A stretch of 64,000 bases of DNA from an uncultured Alphaproteobacteria bacterium (GTDB lineage: Bacteria > Pseudomonadota > Alphaproteobacteria > Rhizobiales > Xanthobacteraceae), in contig CAWDES010000020.1 in assembly GCA_963801325.1 (NCBI GenBank), positions 79,350 through 143,349 on the forward strand, in the 5' to 3' direction. Shown here piece after piece: positions 10,401 to 20,857 of the stretch (position 1 is the first letter of the stretch; each line of letters opens with the position of its first letter). Both the position numbers and the translations under genes were made by a program. Under the pieces are notes generated by a model. The model saw only the letters and a program-made list of their open reading frames with translations, was not told the DNA's origin and searched no databases.

Positions 10401-13400
10401 GATCGTGCCGGTGTCGTCGATCGTGCCACCGGAGATGGCCGCGCCGTTCAGCGTCACCGTGTCGTCGATCGTCAGCGTGTCGGCATTGGTGAAGCTGCCC
10501 GTCAGCGTCACGCCGTCCAACGTGACCTCGGACAGGGTCAGCGCGGCCGCCGTCGCCACCAGGTTGCCGCCATCGACCGTGGCATTCTCGATCTCGCTGG
10601 CGGCCGTGACCTTCAGCGTACCGGTGTCGTCGATCGTGCCGCCGGAGATGGTCGCGCCGTTCAGCGTCACCGTGTCGTCGATCGTCAGCGTGTCGGCATT
10701 GGTGAAGCTGCCCGTCAGCGTCACGCCGTCCAGCGTGACCTCGGACAGGGTCAGCGCCGCCGCGGTCGCCACCAGGTTGCCGCCATCGACCGTGGCATTC
10801 TCGATCTCGCTGGCGGCCGTGACCTTCAGCGTACCGGTGTCGTCGATGGTGCCGCCGGAGATGGTCGCGCCGTTCAGCGTCACCGTGTCGTCGATCGTCA
10901 GCGTGTCGGCATTGGTGAAGCTGCCCACCAGCGTCACGTCGTCCAGCGTGACCTCGGACAGGGTCAGCGTGCCGCTGCTGACGGAGATGTCACCGCCACC
11001 ATTGACCGTGGCGTTCTCGATCTCGCTGGCGGCCGTGACCTTCAGCGTACCGGTGTCGTCGATGGTGCCGCCGGAGATGGTCGCGCCGTTCAGCGTCACC
11101 GTGTCGTCGATCGTCAGCGTGTCGGCATTGGTGAAGCTGCCCGTCAGCGTCACGTCGTCCAGCGTGACCTCGGACAGGGTCAGCGTGCCGCTGCTGACGG
11201 AGTGTCACCGCCACCATTGACCGTGGCATTCTCGATCTCGCTGGCGGCCGTGACCTTCAGCGTACCGGTGTCATCGATGGTGCCGCCGGAGATGGTCGCG
11301 CCGTTCAGCGTCACCGTGTCGTCGATCGTCAGCGTGTCGGCATTGGTGAAGCTGCCCGTCAGCGTCACGTCGTCCAGCGTGACCTCGGACAGGGTCAGCG
11401 TGCCGCTGCTGACGGAGATGTCACCGCCACCATTGACCGTGGCGTTCTCGATCTCGCTGGCGCCGCTGGCCGATAGCACACCGGCATCGCCAATCTTGCC
11501 ACCATTGATGGTGGCGGCGGCCAAATCCAGCGTCGAACCGCTGGCGATCGTCACCGTGCCGCTGGTGTTGGTCACCGTTAGTCGACGTCAGCTTCAGCGA
11601 TCGAAGCATCGATCGCTTGCAGCGTTCCCGGTATTGATCACCGACTCGCTGGTGATGTCCAGTTCGCCGCCATTGGCCTCCAGCGTGCCGCTGTTAGTCA
11701 GGACCGGACCGGAGACGGCGGAATCGATCGTCAGCACACCGCCGGTCGATTCCATCGTACCGGTGTTGGTGATGCCGACACCCGACAGCGTGCTGGCGCC
11801 GGTCGAATCGAATGTCCCGTCGTTCGTGAGCGTGCCGTTATCAATGGCCGCACCGACGAAGTCGAGGGTCGAGCCGAGTTCGACATGCACGGTGCCATCG
11901 GTGTTGGTCACCGTCGTCGAGGTCAGCTTCAGGATCGAGGCATCGATCGCTTGCAGCGTCCCGGTGTTGGTCACATCGGCTCGCGTGGTGATGTCGAGTT
12001 CGCCGCCGTCGGCCTCCAGCGTGCCGGAGTTATTCACGGTCGGACCTGCGGGGTCGGTAATCGTCAGTGTGCCGCCGGTCACCTCCATCGTACCGGTATT
12101 GGTGATCCCGACATCGGACAGCGTGCTGTTGCCGATGGAAGCGAGGGTGCCGGAATTGCCGAGTGCGCCATCGTCGATTTCGGCGTCGACCAGGTGCAGC
12201 GCCGAGCCTTTCTCGACCGTTACCGTGCCGCCGGTATTGTTCACGGTCACCAAGCCCAGCTGCAAGATCGAGTTATTGATCGCCTGCAGCGTCCCGGTGT
12301 TGGTCACATCCTCGCCGCTGATGTCGAGTTCGCCGCCATTGGCTTCCAGCGTGCCAGAATTGGTCAGGGTCGGGCCCACCTCGATGGTGAGCGTACCGCT
12401 GGTCGATTCCAGCGTGCCGGTGTTGTTGATGCCGACACCCAACAGCGTGCTGACGCCGGTCGAATTGAGCGTCCCGGCATTGCCAAGCATGCCGTCACTG
12501 ATTGTCGCTCCATTGAGGGCCAGCACGGCGGGACCGTCCACGGTGATGGTACCGCCGGTATTGCCAACGTCGACGTCGACGTTGAGCGTGCCGCCGGCCA
12601 GATCGAGCGTCCCGGAATTCGTAATGCTGCTCGCACCCGAGAAATCGCCGCCCCCGTTCAGCGTCAGGAGACCGGAATTATTCAGCACGCTGTTCTGCAG
12701 GATTTCAGCAAGGCCGCCGATGCTGATGGTGCCGAAATTCTTCAGGATCGAGTTGGCGCTGAGGCTGAGATTGTTACTGATCGTGAGCGTATTGTAGTTG
12801 TCGAGTTCCGGGGGCGTGGTCCCCAGGTCGTCCATCGTCAATGATTTGGCGAACGCCGCCGCACCGCCATCCTCGGCAGATTTGATGACGACCGGATAGA
12901 CAGGGGTGCCCGCATCCGGGTTGGTGACGATGAAGGTGTCATCACTGGCAGTGGGAGCATGGCCAGATTTCCAGTTCGAACCTTCGTACCAGTCGCCGGG
13001 CGACGGCGACGTGATCGCCGTCGTCTCGCTCCAGACTTCGTCGGCGGCTTTGGTGATCGTGATCGTGAAGGTCTTCGTTCCGATCTGGTCGAATGGCGGA
13101 TAGTTGTTGTCGACGGTCGCCGTGTAGGTCAGGACCAACGTCTCGCCGGATGTAAGGAAATCAAAGGCGCTGTCGGCGACGTTGTAATGCCAGGTCGCGC
13201 TCCCGAACCCGTTAGCGTTCAGGCCGGAATTGTTGGACACCGTGATGGCGGCTTCCACGGCCGCAAGCTGCGCGCTGGTCAGCGTGACAGGCTGCCCGTC
13301 GGCGTTCTTGAGGGTGGCGGAGGCGATGCTCGCCGACACCGTCACCTGATCCGTCGTATTGATGTCGAAGAACTTGATCTGACCCGACGTCGCAGCAGTC

Positions 13401-14574
13401 GACGTGATGCCGGCCGCTACGGTGCCGTTGTCAATCTGTATGATCGACGGCGCCTCGCCAATGTGATGAGCGCCGGTCGAACCGTTGCTGCAGACGGACT
13501 GATTCCGGGATTGGCGACCGTCACAGTGACGATCATCGGGACCGCCGGCAGCGTATTATTCTGGGCGAAGTTGACCGAACCGAACGCGGTGGGCACGATC
13601 GAATCGGTGAAATGCTCGATCGACTTGGTGTTCGAGCTGTCGGAGAACTTCAGCGAGAACACATCGGTGATGAGCTTCTGGATCTCGGGCGACAGCGGGG
13701 TCGTGGTCTGGCTCATCAGGCCGTTCGAGATGTTGATCTGCATCCCGGCCTTGTCGACGACGGCCAGTGGCGTGAGCGTCGTCTTGTCGAACAGGATATA
13801 GGACCCGGTCGTGCCGTCCGGCTCGACCAGAACCTGGAATTTCGCGTCCGGCGTCGCGCCGGGCACCGAGAAGTCGATCTCGACCAGGACCGCGGTGCCG
13901 CGGATGCCCATGGTCGCGACCGGCGTATCGATCTTCATGTCGCCGTGCTTGGCGGTCTCGCCGGCGACGAAGGTGATGGTGCCGGCCACAAGGCTCAGCA
14001 GCGACGAATTGTTCGACCCGTTCGGGTCGTAGACCATTTCGTTCAGCACCATCCGCGCATTCGACGACAGGCCGAACACGGTGCCGTCGATGAAGGTGAT
14101 GCCGACCGTCGATTCCGATCCGGACTGAACGACGTCGCCTTTTTCGACGTTGTCGCCGTTGTTGAGAATGATCGAGACGCCGTTGCGGATCGCGGTTGCG
14201 CTGCCGACGAGTTTGGTTACGTGGCCGATGACCTGGCCGGCGCTGGCGGCGCCGGAAGCCTGCGCATATTGAACCTGGCCGGCGAGCGCGGTGACAATAT
14301 CGCCGGTGAGGTGAGCGCCATCCGCGGAAGCCAGCGGCGCGTGCTTCTCGCCTTTGAAGTAGTCGTGCACCACGAACTGCCGGCCGTCGCCAGACAGAAC
14401 GAGGTCGACACCGGTACGCTTGAACTCGGCGCCGAACAGCAATTGTGCATCGGGAACAATAACGGCGTCTGCCGGAACATGATTGGCGTGAACCGTCTCA
14501 GAATAGAGATGAGCGCCCGGGTGTTGGCCCAAAGCGTCAGAGACCTTGGCGTCGAATTTGTCGAAGTAATTCAC
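7454..14574 (-). CDS. Giant (~2,370 aa) repetitive T1SS-secreted surface protein/adhesin with N-terminal FecR-like domain (many frameshifts)
   Basis: Collinear minus-strand fragments 13417-14574, 11594-13345, 11180-11575, 10305-11153, 8639-10429, 8440-8745, 8258-8443, 7788-8294, 7454-7783. FecR-like GITFIDGTVFGLSSNARM...TPVATMGIRGT, G/T/N-rich beta repeats, no Sec signal, C-terminus DFHFV. Confidence 0.82.
10400..11465 (-). repeat. Five near-identical 213/216-bp tandem repeats (71/72 aa) inside the adhesin
   Basis: Anchor cggcattggtgaagctgccc at 10481, 10694, 10907, 11123, 11338 (spacings 213, 213, 216, 215). The 215 spacing reflects a 1-nt deletion near 11202. Confidence 0.93.
11600..12600 (-). 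repeat. Three diverged ~110-aa repeats in the adhesin
   Basis: Recurring VGI(T/N)NTGT(M/L)E..GP.(L/V).NSGTLEA(N/D)GGELDI..V.NTG in ORF 11594-13345. Confidence 0.75.
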
Positions 14575-14579
14575 CCCGC

Positions 14580-14945
14580 CACCGCAATGGTTAATAAATA
14601 CATAAATTCAAAGGTCTAAGCTTCCTTATCACCTGGAAGGCCGCCGCGAAACCATCTCTTGCTTGTAAAAGACCCGTTTGTCCGGCCCGGCGTCGATTTA
14701 TTCGCCCCTCTGCTCTGTGAGTTCCTTGTAAAGCGATGTAAATATTTCAACCGACCACACTAAAACTAAGTATTCAAGTAACAAAATAAGAAGGTCGATG
14801 TATTTTACAATATATATTCTATTCTTCTATACTACGAATAGCTTCGTGGCAGCAGGTCCGGAGGTATACTGCGCCAGTTCCAGCCCCAAGAATGTGAACT
14901 GAATTACAAAATCCACAAACTTTCTTCAAATTAGTCATGTCGTCC
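14580..14945. promoter_or_regulatory. AT-rich divergent regulatory region between adhesin and BTLCP peptidase genes
   Basis: Clearly AT-rich against the GC-rich flanks. Contains TTAT-N7-TTAACCAT (minus strand, 14587-14605) and TGTGA-N6-TTACA (14893-14908). Confidence 0.6.
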
Positions 14946-15155
14946 GGAAAAATGGTTCAAGCCCGGCACAGGCGCCGATATCCCTAGAATTTTCGACAAA
15001 GGCGTAAGAGGCGCTTCAGCCTGTTTGGGACATTCCACCCGCCAGCGCCCCCTCTTTTAAGCAGAATAAAAGCTCCCAAGCCGATCATCCCCGGCAAAAC
15101 GATCCGGTCACGCGCGGCAGAACGCCCCGACGACGCCCGGACGAAGGGGTGTCGG

Positions 15156-15954
15156 ATGAGTACTTTGATTACAGGCCGGAACTGGCGTGCCGTTGTCCTG
15201 GCCCTTGGCCTGATCTGCTTTGGACCGGCGGCCAATGTCCATGCCGGAAGCTTGATCTCGCCGGGAACGCTCGACGTGATCCGCAAGTCGGCCGAGCCTT
15301 TCGGGCTGTTTGCGACGCGGGTGTCGGCGGGCGGCCTCACGGAAAAATGGAACGGCGTCGAGCGCAAGCTTGAAGACGACATGGTCCAGCTTGCGCTTTG
15401 CGACGGCGACCGCGAACGCTGCGCATCTCCGGCCGCATTGCAATTCCTCGCCATCGTGGACGGCGCAAGGACCCGCGAGGGCCGCGCTCGTTTTGGCGAG
15501 ATCAATCGCGCGATCAATCTGGCCATCAAGGCGACGAGCGACATGGCGCAACACGGCCAGGCCGACGTCTGGAGTTCCACCTCTTGCCACCTTTGCCTCG
15601 GCCGCCGGTGATTGCGAAGACTACGCCATCGCCAAATTCGCCGCGCTGCGGATGGCCGGCATTTTGCCGGAGGATTTGCGGATCGTGGTGCTGCGCGATC
15701 TCATTCATGGCGAAGACCACGCGGCCGTGCTCGCACGGCTCGAGGGTCACTGGCTGATGCTGGACAACCGCCGCATGGCGATGATCGAAGACATCGACGT
15801 CAGAAATCACCGCCCGCTATTCGTCATCAGCGACGATGGCGTGATGCGCTACCAGGAGCCGTCTCCGGCCGCGATCGCGACACGTCAGGATTCGGCGCCT
15901 GCCATGACTGTGAATTTTGCCGTCCCGGTCGACGTCGCTTCAAGGTCCAACTGA
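15156..15954 (+). CDS. Transglutaminase-like cysteine peptidase (BTLCP, LapG-like), frameshift near 15579
   Basis: Signal peptide, INRAINLAI, DVWS.PL, GDCEDYAIAK (Cys), DHAAV (His), MLDN (Asp). ORFs 15156-15611 and 15310-15954 join by removing one C. Confidence 0.9.
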
Positions 15955-15975
15955 TCGGCAGCGGCCGCCGCCCGT

Positions 15976-16245
15976 TTATCGCGGGTATTTGTCGAGACAC
16001 TCATTGATGAATGCGGTGCGGTCCCTGCGCACCACCTTGGCCTCGTCTGCCTGCTTTGAGCACTTAGACAATTTGACCTGTTCTGCACGGCGCTTTTCTG
16101 CCGCGTCACGATATTCCGGCGCGACCGTGTTCGGATCGACAAGTTTTTCGGCCCCCGCATTCGGCGCCAAACCAACGACAAAACCGAGCATCAAAACACT
16201 GCCAGTGAAAACCTTGCGCGCTGACGCGCCAAGCTGAAACGCCAT
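15976..16245 (-). CDS. Small exported hypothetical protein with two Cys
   Basis: Signal-like N-terminus, then C..QADEAKV...R..FI..C. Confidence 0.65.
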   Translation of the reverse strand: MAFQLGASARKVFTGSVLMLGFVVGLAPNAGAEKLVDPNTVAPEYRDAAEKRRAEQVKLSKCSKQADEAKVVRRDRTAFINECLDKYPR

Positions 16246-16446
16246 GGCTTCAAATCTCATTCGATCAAAAGGATGCGGGGCTTACACCCCGGGAAAATAA
16301 GGTCGTCACCGTATCATCGGCCGTGACCGGCATCAATTGGCGCGGGTCCTACGGCTGGCTGCCCCAACAATTTTCATTTCACCGCAGCGACCGAGAAGCT
16401 ACGATAGCTCGGGACATTCGTCTGACTTTTCCTATCGGGGGCGGGG

Positions 16447-17562
16447 ATGCGGGCATTTGGACTGGCACTTGTGGCTATCGGGATCGGGCTGGCGCTACCG
16501 GCACATGCCGACACCGCATCCGACGCCAATCGGCCGATTACCGATGTGCTGCCGTTGTTCGTGAAGAACCAGTGCGAGACGATCAAGACGCCGGCGGAGC
16601 AACTGTTCTGCGGCGACCCCGAACTCAATGCCGCAGGCGTCAAATTCCGTAGCGCGATCGCCGAACGGCTGAACCGAATCCCGAACCGGCGCCTCGCGAT
16701 CGGAGAGAACGCTGAATGGATCAGAGACCGCAATTCGAGTTGCGGGATTCTCGGCCAGCAGCCGCTCAAGCGCGACGAGATCAAACCGGTCAGGGACTGC
16801 CTCCTGAAAGAGACGGAAGAGCGGATCGACGTCTTGACCGATGCGAATTTCGATTGTCTCGCGGTCAACACGACCGCCGGCCTTTTGATTTGCAGCGACC
16901 CGACGCTGGCCTTGGCCAAGACGGACCTCAACGAAAAGGTGATGGGGGTCATTACCAAGCTGAAGGACAACGAAGCGCTGGACGCCTTCGATGAGTTCGA
17001 ACGCTGGACGCGGGAGCGCGACCGCAAGTGCGGCCTTGCGAACAAGGAAAATGTGCCGCTGCGGGAGCTTTCACCTTCGGAAGGATGCCTGTCCGACTAT
17101 TTCACCAACAAGACGGCGGAGGTTACGGCCGCAAAGGGCGACCCGAAAAAGCTGTTCGGGAAGCAGCAGATATCGTCTGCACCGAACGCCGACGCGGTCG
17201 ACCTCTGCGTGGCGCAAATTCACGCCGCGGGAGCGTGCAGGAATTTTCTTGCAGTCAACCGCGTCCTTCAAACCGACGGCAGACAAGGCGACAATAGCGC
17301 CGATGTGGTCAGCACCATTGAAATGGTGGTCGTCTCGCCCTTCACCGCATGCAGCCCGATTGCATCGGCCTGCACCGGCACCTGCTGGGATTTGAAATCG
17401 GCAAAGCCGAAGTCGACACCGGGCAGCCACGAGCAAATTCGCGTTGGCTATCGGTTGCGGATCGAGAAATCGTTCGCCTTTCAGAAGAATGGCAGTGGCT
17501 GGCGTTGCAGCACGACCACCATGGAGCCGGTCGAAGTCGGCATCGCGTTAAGCGGGCCCTGA
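16447..17562 (+). CDS. Secreted Cys-rich protein with LprI/DUF1311-like repeats
   Basis: Signal peptide, repeated C...E.L.C.DP.L...W.R.R...CG modules. Confidence 0.7.
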   Translation: MRAFGLALVAIGIGLALPAHADTASDANRPITDVLPLFVKNQCETIKTPAEQLFCGDPELNAAGVKFRSAIAERLNRIPNRRLAIGENAEWIRDRNSSCGILGQQPLKRDEIKPVRDCLLKETEERIDVLTDANFDCLAVNTTAGLLICSDPTLALAKTDLNEKVMGVITKLKDNEALDAFDEFERWTRERDRKCGLANKENVPLRELSPSEGCLSDYFTNKTAEVTAAKGDPKKLFGKQQISSAPNADAVDLCVAQIHAAGACRNFLAVNRVLQTDGRQGDNSADVVSTIEMVVVSPFTACSPIASACTGTCWDLKSAKPKSTPGSHEQIRVGYRLRIEKSFAFQKNGSGWRCSTTTMEPVEVGIALSGP

Positions 17563-17745
17563 AAACCGCAAGGCTGTTCGAGAAGCAGATTTCCGACCAG
17601 CGAGATTTGCTCGCACTTATTTCGCGTGGCGGAAGAAGACGCAACGCAAGTCTCATCTCGCATCCTGCAGCTTTGATTGACGGCAGACTTTGGCGCGGCA
17701 TACGATTGCCGCCAGATCCGCCAGAGATCAAAGAGGGAGGAACAG

Positions 17746-19971
17746 ATGATACGCCCGACGTATACCGATTCTGCTCGCCGTTTTTTCCCCGACACGATCG
17801 CCAGATTGTCCCCGCCGCAGCGCGTAACCCGCGCCGCGGTCGCGATCGGCGTCGGTCTCGCGATTTCCGGCGGCGTCGCGGTCGCCCAGAAAATGGACAA
17901 GGGATCGCCCGCTCACATCAAGGCTGCGACTTCCGCCGTTGATGCCAACTTCATCAAGGCCAATACGCCGACCTCAAAGGACTGGCCCACCATCGGACTT
18001 GATTATGCCGAGACGCGCTTCAGCAAACTCAACCAGATCGACGCCGGCAACGTCAAAAATCTCGGCCTGAAGTGGACCTACAATCTTGAATCGGTTCGCG
18101 GCGTCGAAGCAACGCCGCTCGTGGTCGACGGCATCATGTATGTGAGCGCGTCGTGGAGCGTGGTTCACGCCATCGACGCCCGCACCGGAAAGCGCATCTG
18201 GACCTACGATCCCGGCGTCAATCGCGAGATCGGCTACAAGGGCTGCTGCGATGTCGTCAACCGCGGCGTCGCGCTCTACAAGGGCAAGATCTATGTCGGC
18301 GCCTATGACGGGCGGCTGGTGGCGATCGATGCCGTCACCGGCAAGAAGCTTTGGGAAAAAGACACCCTCATCGATCACTCGCATTCCTACACCATCACCG
18401 GCGCGCCGCGCGTCGTGAAGGGCAAGGTGTTGATCGGCAATGGCGGCGCCGAATACGGCGCACGCGGCTATCTCACCGCCTATGACGCCGAAACCGGCGA
18501 ACAGGCGTGGCGGTGGTTCGTCGTGCCCGGCGACCCCAGCAAGCCTTTCGAAGATGAATCGATGGAGAAAGCCGCGAAGACCTGGGATCCTTCCGGCAAG
18601 TGGTGGATCAATGGCGGCGGCGGCACGCCGTGGGATACGATGACCTACGATCCCGATCTCAACCTGATCTATATCGGCACCGGCAACGGCTCGCCGTGGA
18701 ATTGCAACCTGCGAAGTCCGGCCGGCGGCGACAATCTCTACCTCGCCTCGCTGGTGGCGTTGAACGCCGACACCGGCAAATACGCCTGGCATTATCAGGA
18801 AACGCCCGGCGACAACTGGGACTACACATCGACCCAGCCGATGATCCTCGCCGACATCAAGGTCGACGGGCAGCCGCGCAAGGTGATCCTGCACGCGCCG
18901 AAGAACGGCTTCTTCTTCGTCATCGATCGCACCAACGGCAAGTTCATCTCGGCCAAGAATTTCGTCGATGTGAACTGGGCCACCGGCTACGACGCCGACG
19001 GGCGGCCGATCGAAGTGACGGAGGCGCGCTCGCGGGAAAAATCAGTCGACAGCATTCCCGGCCCCTTCGGTGCGCATAACTGGCATCCGATGTCCTACAA
19101 TCCGCAGACCGGCCTCGTATACCTGCCGGCGCATGGCGTGCCGCTTAATCTCACCGAAGAAAAGACGCTGGCGCAGAACGCGCCTGCACCGTTCAAGTTC
19201 GGCGCCACGACCGGCTGGAACGTCGGCTTCACGCTCAACGCGACGCCGCCGAAGAATGCGCCGTTCGGCCGCCTGATCGCCTGGGATCCGGTCAAGCAGA
19301 AGGAAGCCTGGCATCAGGAATATGTCGCGCCCTGGAATGGCGGCACGCTGACCACCGCCGGCAATCTCGTGTTCCAGGGCACGGCCGATGCACGCTTCAT
19401 CGCCTACAACGCAACGACAGGCGAAAAGCTCTGGGAGACGCCAACCGGTACCGGCGCGGTCGCGGCTGCCTCGACCTATCTCGTCGACGGCGTGCAATAT
19501 GTGTCGATCGCGGTCGGATGGGGTGGCGTGTTCGGCATCACGCAACATGTCGCCGACAAGGAAGCGCCGGGCACGGTCTATACGTTTGCGATCGGAGGCA
19601 AGGCGCCGCTGCCGGAGTTCACCAAGTATCAGCTCGGCAACCTGCTCTCGGGCGTCAAATATGATCCCAAGGACGTTCCGGAAGGCACCGCGCTCTACGT
19701 CGAGGCCTGCGCCACCTGTCATGGCGTGCCCGGCGTCGACAAGGGCGGCAACGTCAAGAACCTCGGCTACACCTCGACCGAGAACATCACGAACCTGAAG
19801 GACATCCTCTTCAAGGGCCCCTTCATGGACAAGGGCATGCCGGACTTTACCGGCAAGCTGACGGAGGCCGATGTCGTCAAGATCCAGGCCTTCATACAGG
19901 GAACCGCCGACGCGGTGCGTCCGAAGCCCGCGGAGCCCGACAAGAAGGCGGACGCAGCGCCGCAGAAGTAA
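17746..19971 (+). CDS. PQQ/heme-c quinohemoprotein alcohol dehydrogenase (type II)
   Basis: GGGAGG RBS, EATPLVVDG, vicinal CC in GCCDVVNRG, WDYT, C-terminal CATCH heme motif and KGMP axial Met. Confidence 0.93.
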   Translation: MIRPTYTDSARRFFPDTIARLSPPQRVTRAAVAIGVGLAISGGVAVAQKMDKGSPAHIKAATSAVDANFIKANTPTSKDWPTIGLDYAETRFSKLNQIDAGNVKNLGLKWTYNLESVRGVEATPLVVDGIMYVSASWSVVHAIDARTGKRIWTYDPGVNREIGYKGCCDVVNRGVALYKGKIYVGAYDGRLVAIDAVTGKKLWEKDTLIDHSHSYTITGAPRVVKGKVLIGNGGAEYGARGYLTAYDAETGEQAWRWFVVPGDPSKPFEDESMEKAAKTWDPSGKWWINGGGGTPWDTMTYDPDLNLIYIGTGNGSPWNCNLRSPAGGDNLYLASLVALNADTGKYAWHYQETPGDNWDYTSTQPMILADIKVDGQPRKVILHAPKNGFFFVIDRTNGKFISAKNFVDVNWATGYDADGRPIEVTEARSREKSVDSIPGPFGAHNWHPMSYNPQTGLVYLPAHGVPLNLTEEKTLAQNAPAPFKFGATTGWNVGFTLNATPPKNAPFGRLIAWDPVKQKEAWHQEYVAPWNGGTLTTAGNLVFQGTADARFIAYNATTGEKLWETPTGTGAVAAASTYLVDGVQYVSIAVGWGGVFGITQHVADKEAPGTVYTFAIGGKAPLPEFTKYQLGNLLSGVKYDPKDVPEGTALYVEACATCHGVPGVDKGGNVKNLGYTSTENITNLKDILFKGPFMDKGMPDFTGKLTEADVVKIQAFIQGTADAVRPKPAEPDKKADAAPQK

Positions 19972-19981
19972 CGGCAACAAA

Positions 19982-20020
19982 ATACGCGCGAATTGGCACT
20001 GAGCAGTTCGCGCGTATCTT
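19982..20020 (+). terminator. Hairpin downstream of the ADH gene
   Basis: atacgcgcgaa...ttcgcgcgtat inverted repeat followed by cttgcaatttt. Confidence 0.5.
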
Positions 20021-20104
20021 GCAATTTTGATCCCTCGATTCACCGCACCGCAATGGTTTTCGGTCCATGGTCCTGGATAGCTTCAACCAGGATCGCGCGG
20101 CATC

Positions 20105-20857
20105 ATGGCTTCCCATCCGTCGGCCCTCGAGGTGCGAGGGTTAACAAAACGTTTTGATCGTCCGGCCGTCGACGCGCTCGATCTCACGGTTCGATCGGGC
20201 GAATTCTACGCCCTGCTCGGCCCGAACGGCGCCGGCAAGACCACGACGCTGCGCATGGTCGCGGGCCTGCTGCAACCGGACGCCGGTTCGATCGCGATTT
20301 CAGGCATCGATGCGCTGAAGGATCCCGTTGCCGCCAAGCAGGTCACGGCATGGGTCTCGGACGAGCCGATGATCTACGACAAGCTGACGCCGCTCGAATA
20401 CCTGGAATTTGTCGCGGGCCTCTGGGGCGTCGCGCCCGCGCTCGCCGAACGCTCCGCACGCGAACTGCTCGTCTCGCTCGGCCTCGAAACCAACATGCAC
20501 GAACGCTGCGAAGGATTTTCCAAGGGTATGCGCCAGAAGGTTGCGCTCGCCGGCGCCCTGATCCACGACCCGCGCCTGATCATCCTGGACGAGCCGTTGA
20601 CCGGCCTCGACGCCGTGTCCGCCCGCCACGTCAAGGGCTTGCTCGGCGAGCGCGTGCGCGGCGGATGCACGGTCATCATGACGACGCACATCCTGGAAGT
20701 GGCCGAGCGCATGGCGGACCGCATCGGCGTGATCTCGGCAGGGAAACTTGTCGCGGAGGGAACGCTCGCCGAACTTCGCCAGCAGAACGGACGAAACGAC
20801 ACCAGTCTCGAAGACGTCTTCATTGCGCTTGTCGACTGCGAAGCGGCCGCTGCATGA
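20105..20857 (+). CDS. ABC transporter ATP-binding protein (exporter type)
   Basis: GPNGAGKTT, FSKGMRQK, IILDEP. Confidence 0.93.
   Translation: MASHPSALEVRGLTKRFDRPAVDALDLTVRSGEFYALLGPNGAGKTTTLRMVAGLLQPDAGSIAISGIDALKDPVAAKQVTAWVSDEPMIYDKLTPLEYLEFVAGLWGVAPALAERSARELLVSLGLETNMHERCEGFSKGMRQKVALAGALIHDPRLIILDEPLTGLDAVSARHVKGLLGERVRGGCTVIMTTHILEVAERMADRIGVISAGKLVAEGTLAELRQQNGRNDTSLEDVFIALVDCEAAAA

Noticed and set aside
10400-11465. Regular repeats as a CRISPR array or DGR template/variable repeats
   Set aside because: Units are 213/216-bp in-frame coding repeats with no unique spacers or adenine-specific variation, and no cas or reverse transcriptase gene is present.
8859-12797. Long plus-strand ORFs (454 aa and 856 aa) rich in V/S/P
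   Set aside because: They are antisense shadows of the repetitive adhesin. Stop-free opposite frames are expected from GC-rich codon bias.
17746-19971. Lanthanide-dependent XoxF/ExaF/PedH-type dehydrogenase
   Set aside because: The motif is WDYT, not D-x-D, so the extra Ln-coordinating Asp is absent. A heme c domain is present, consistent with a Ca-type quinohemoprotein.
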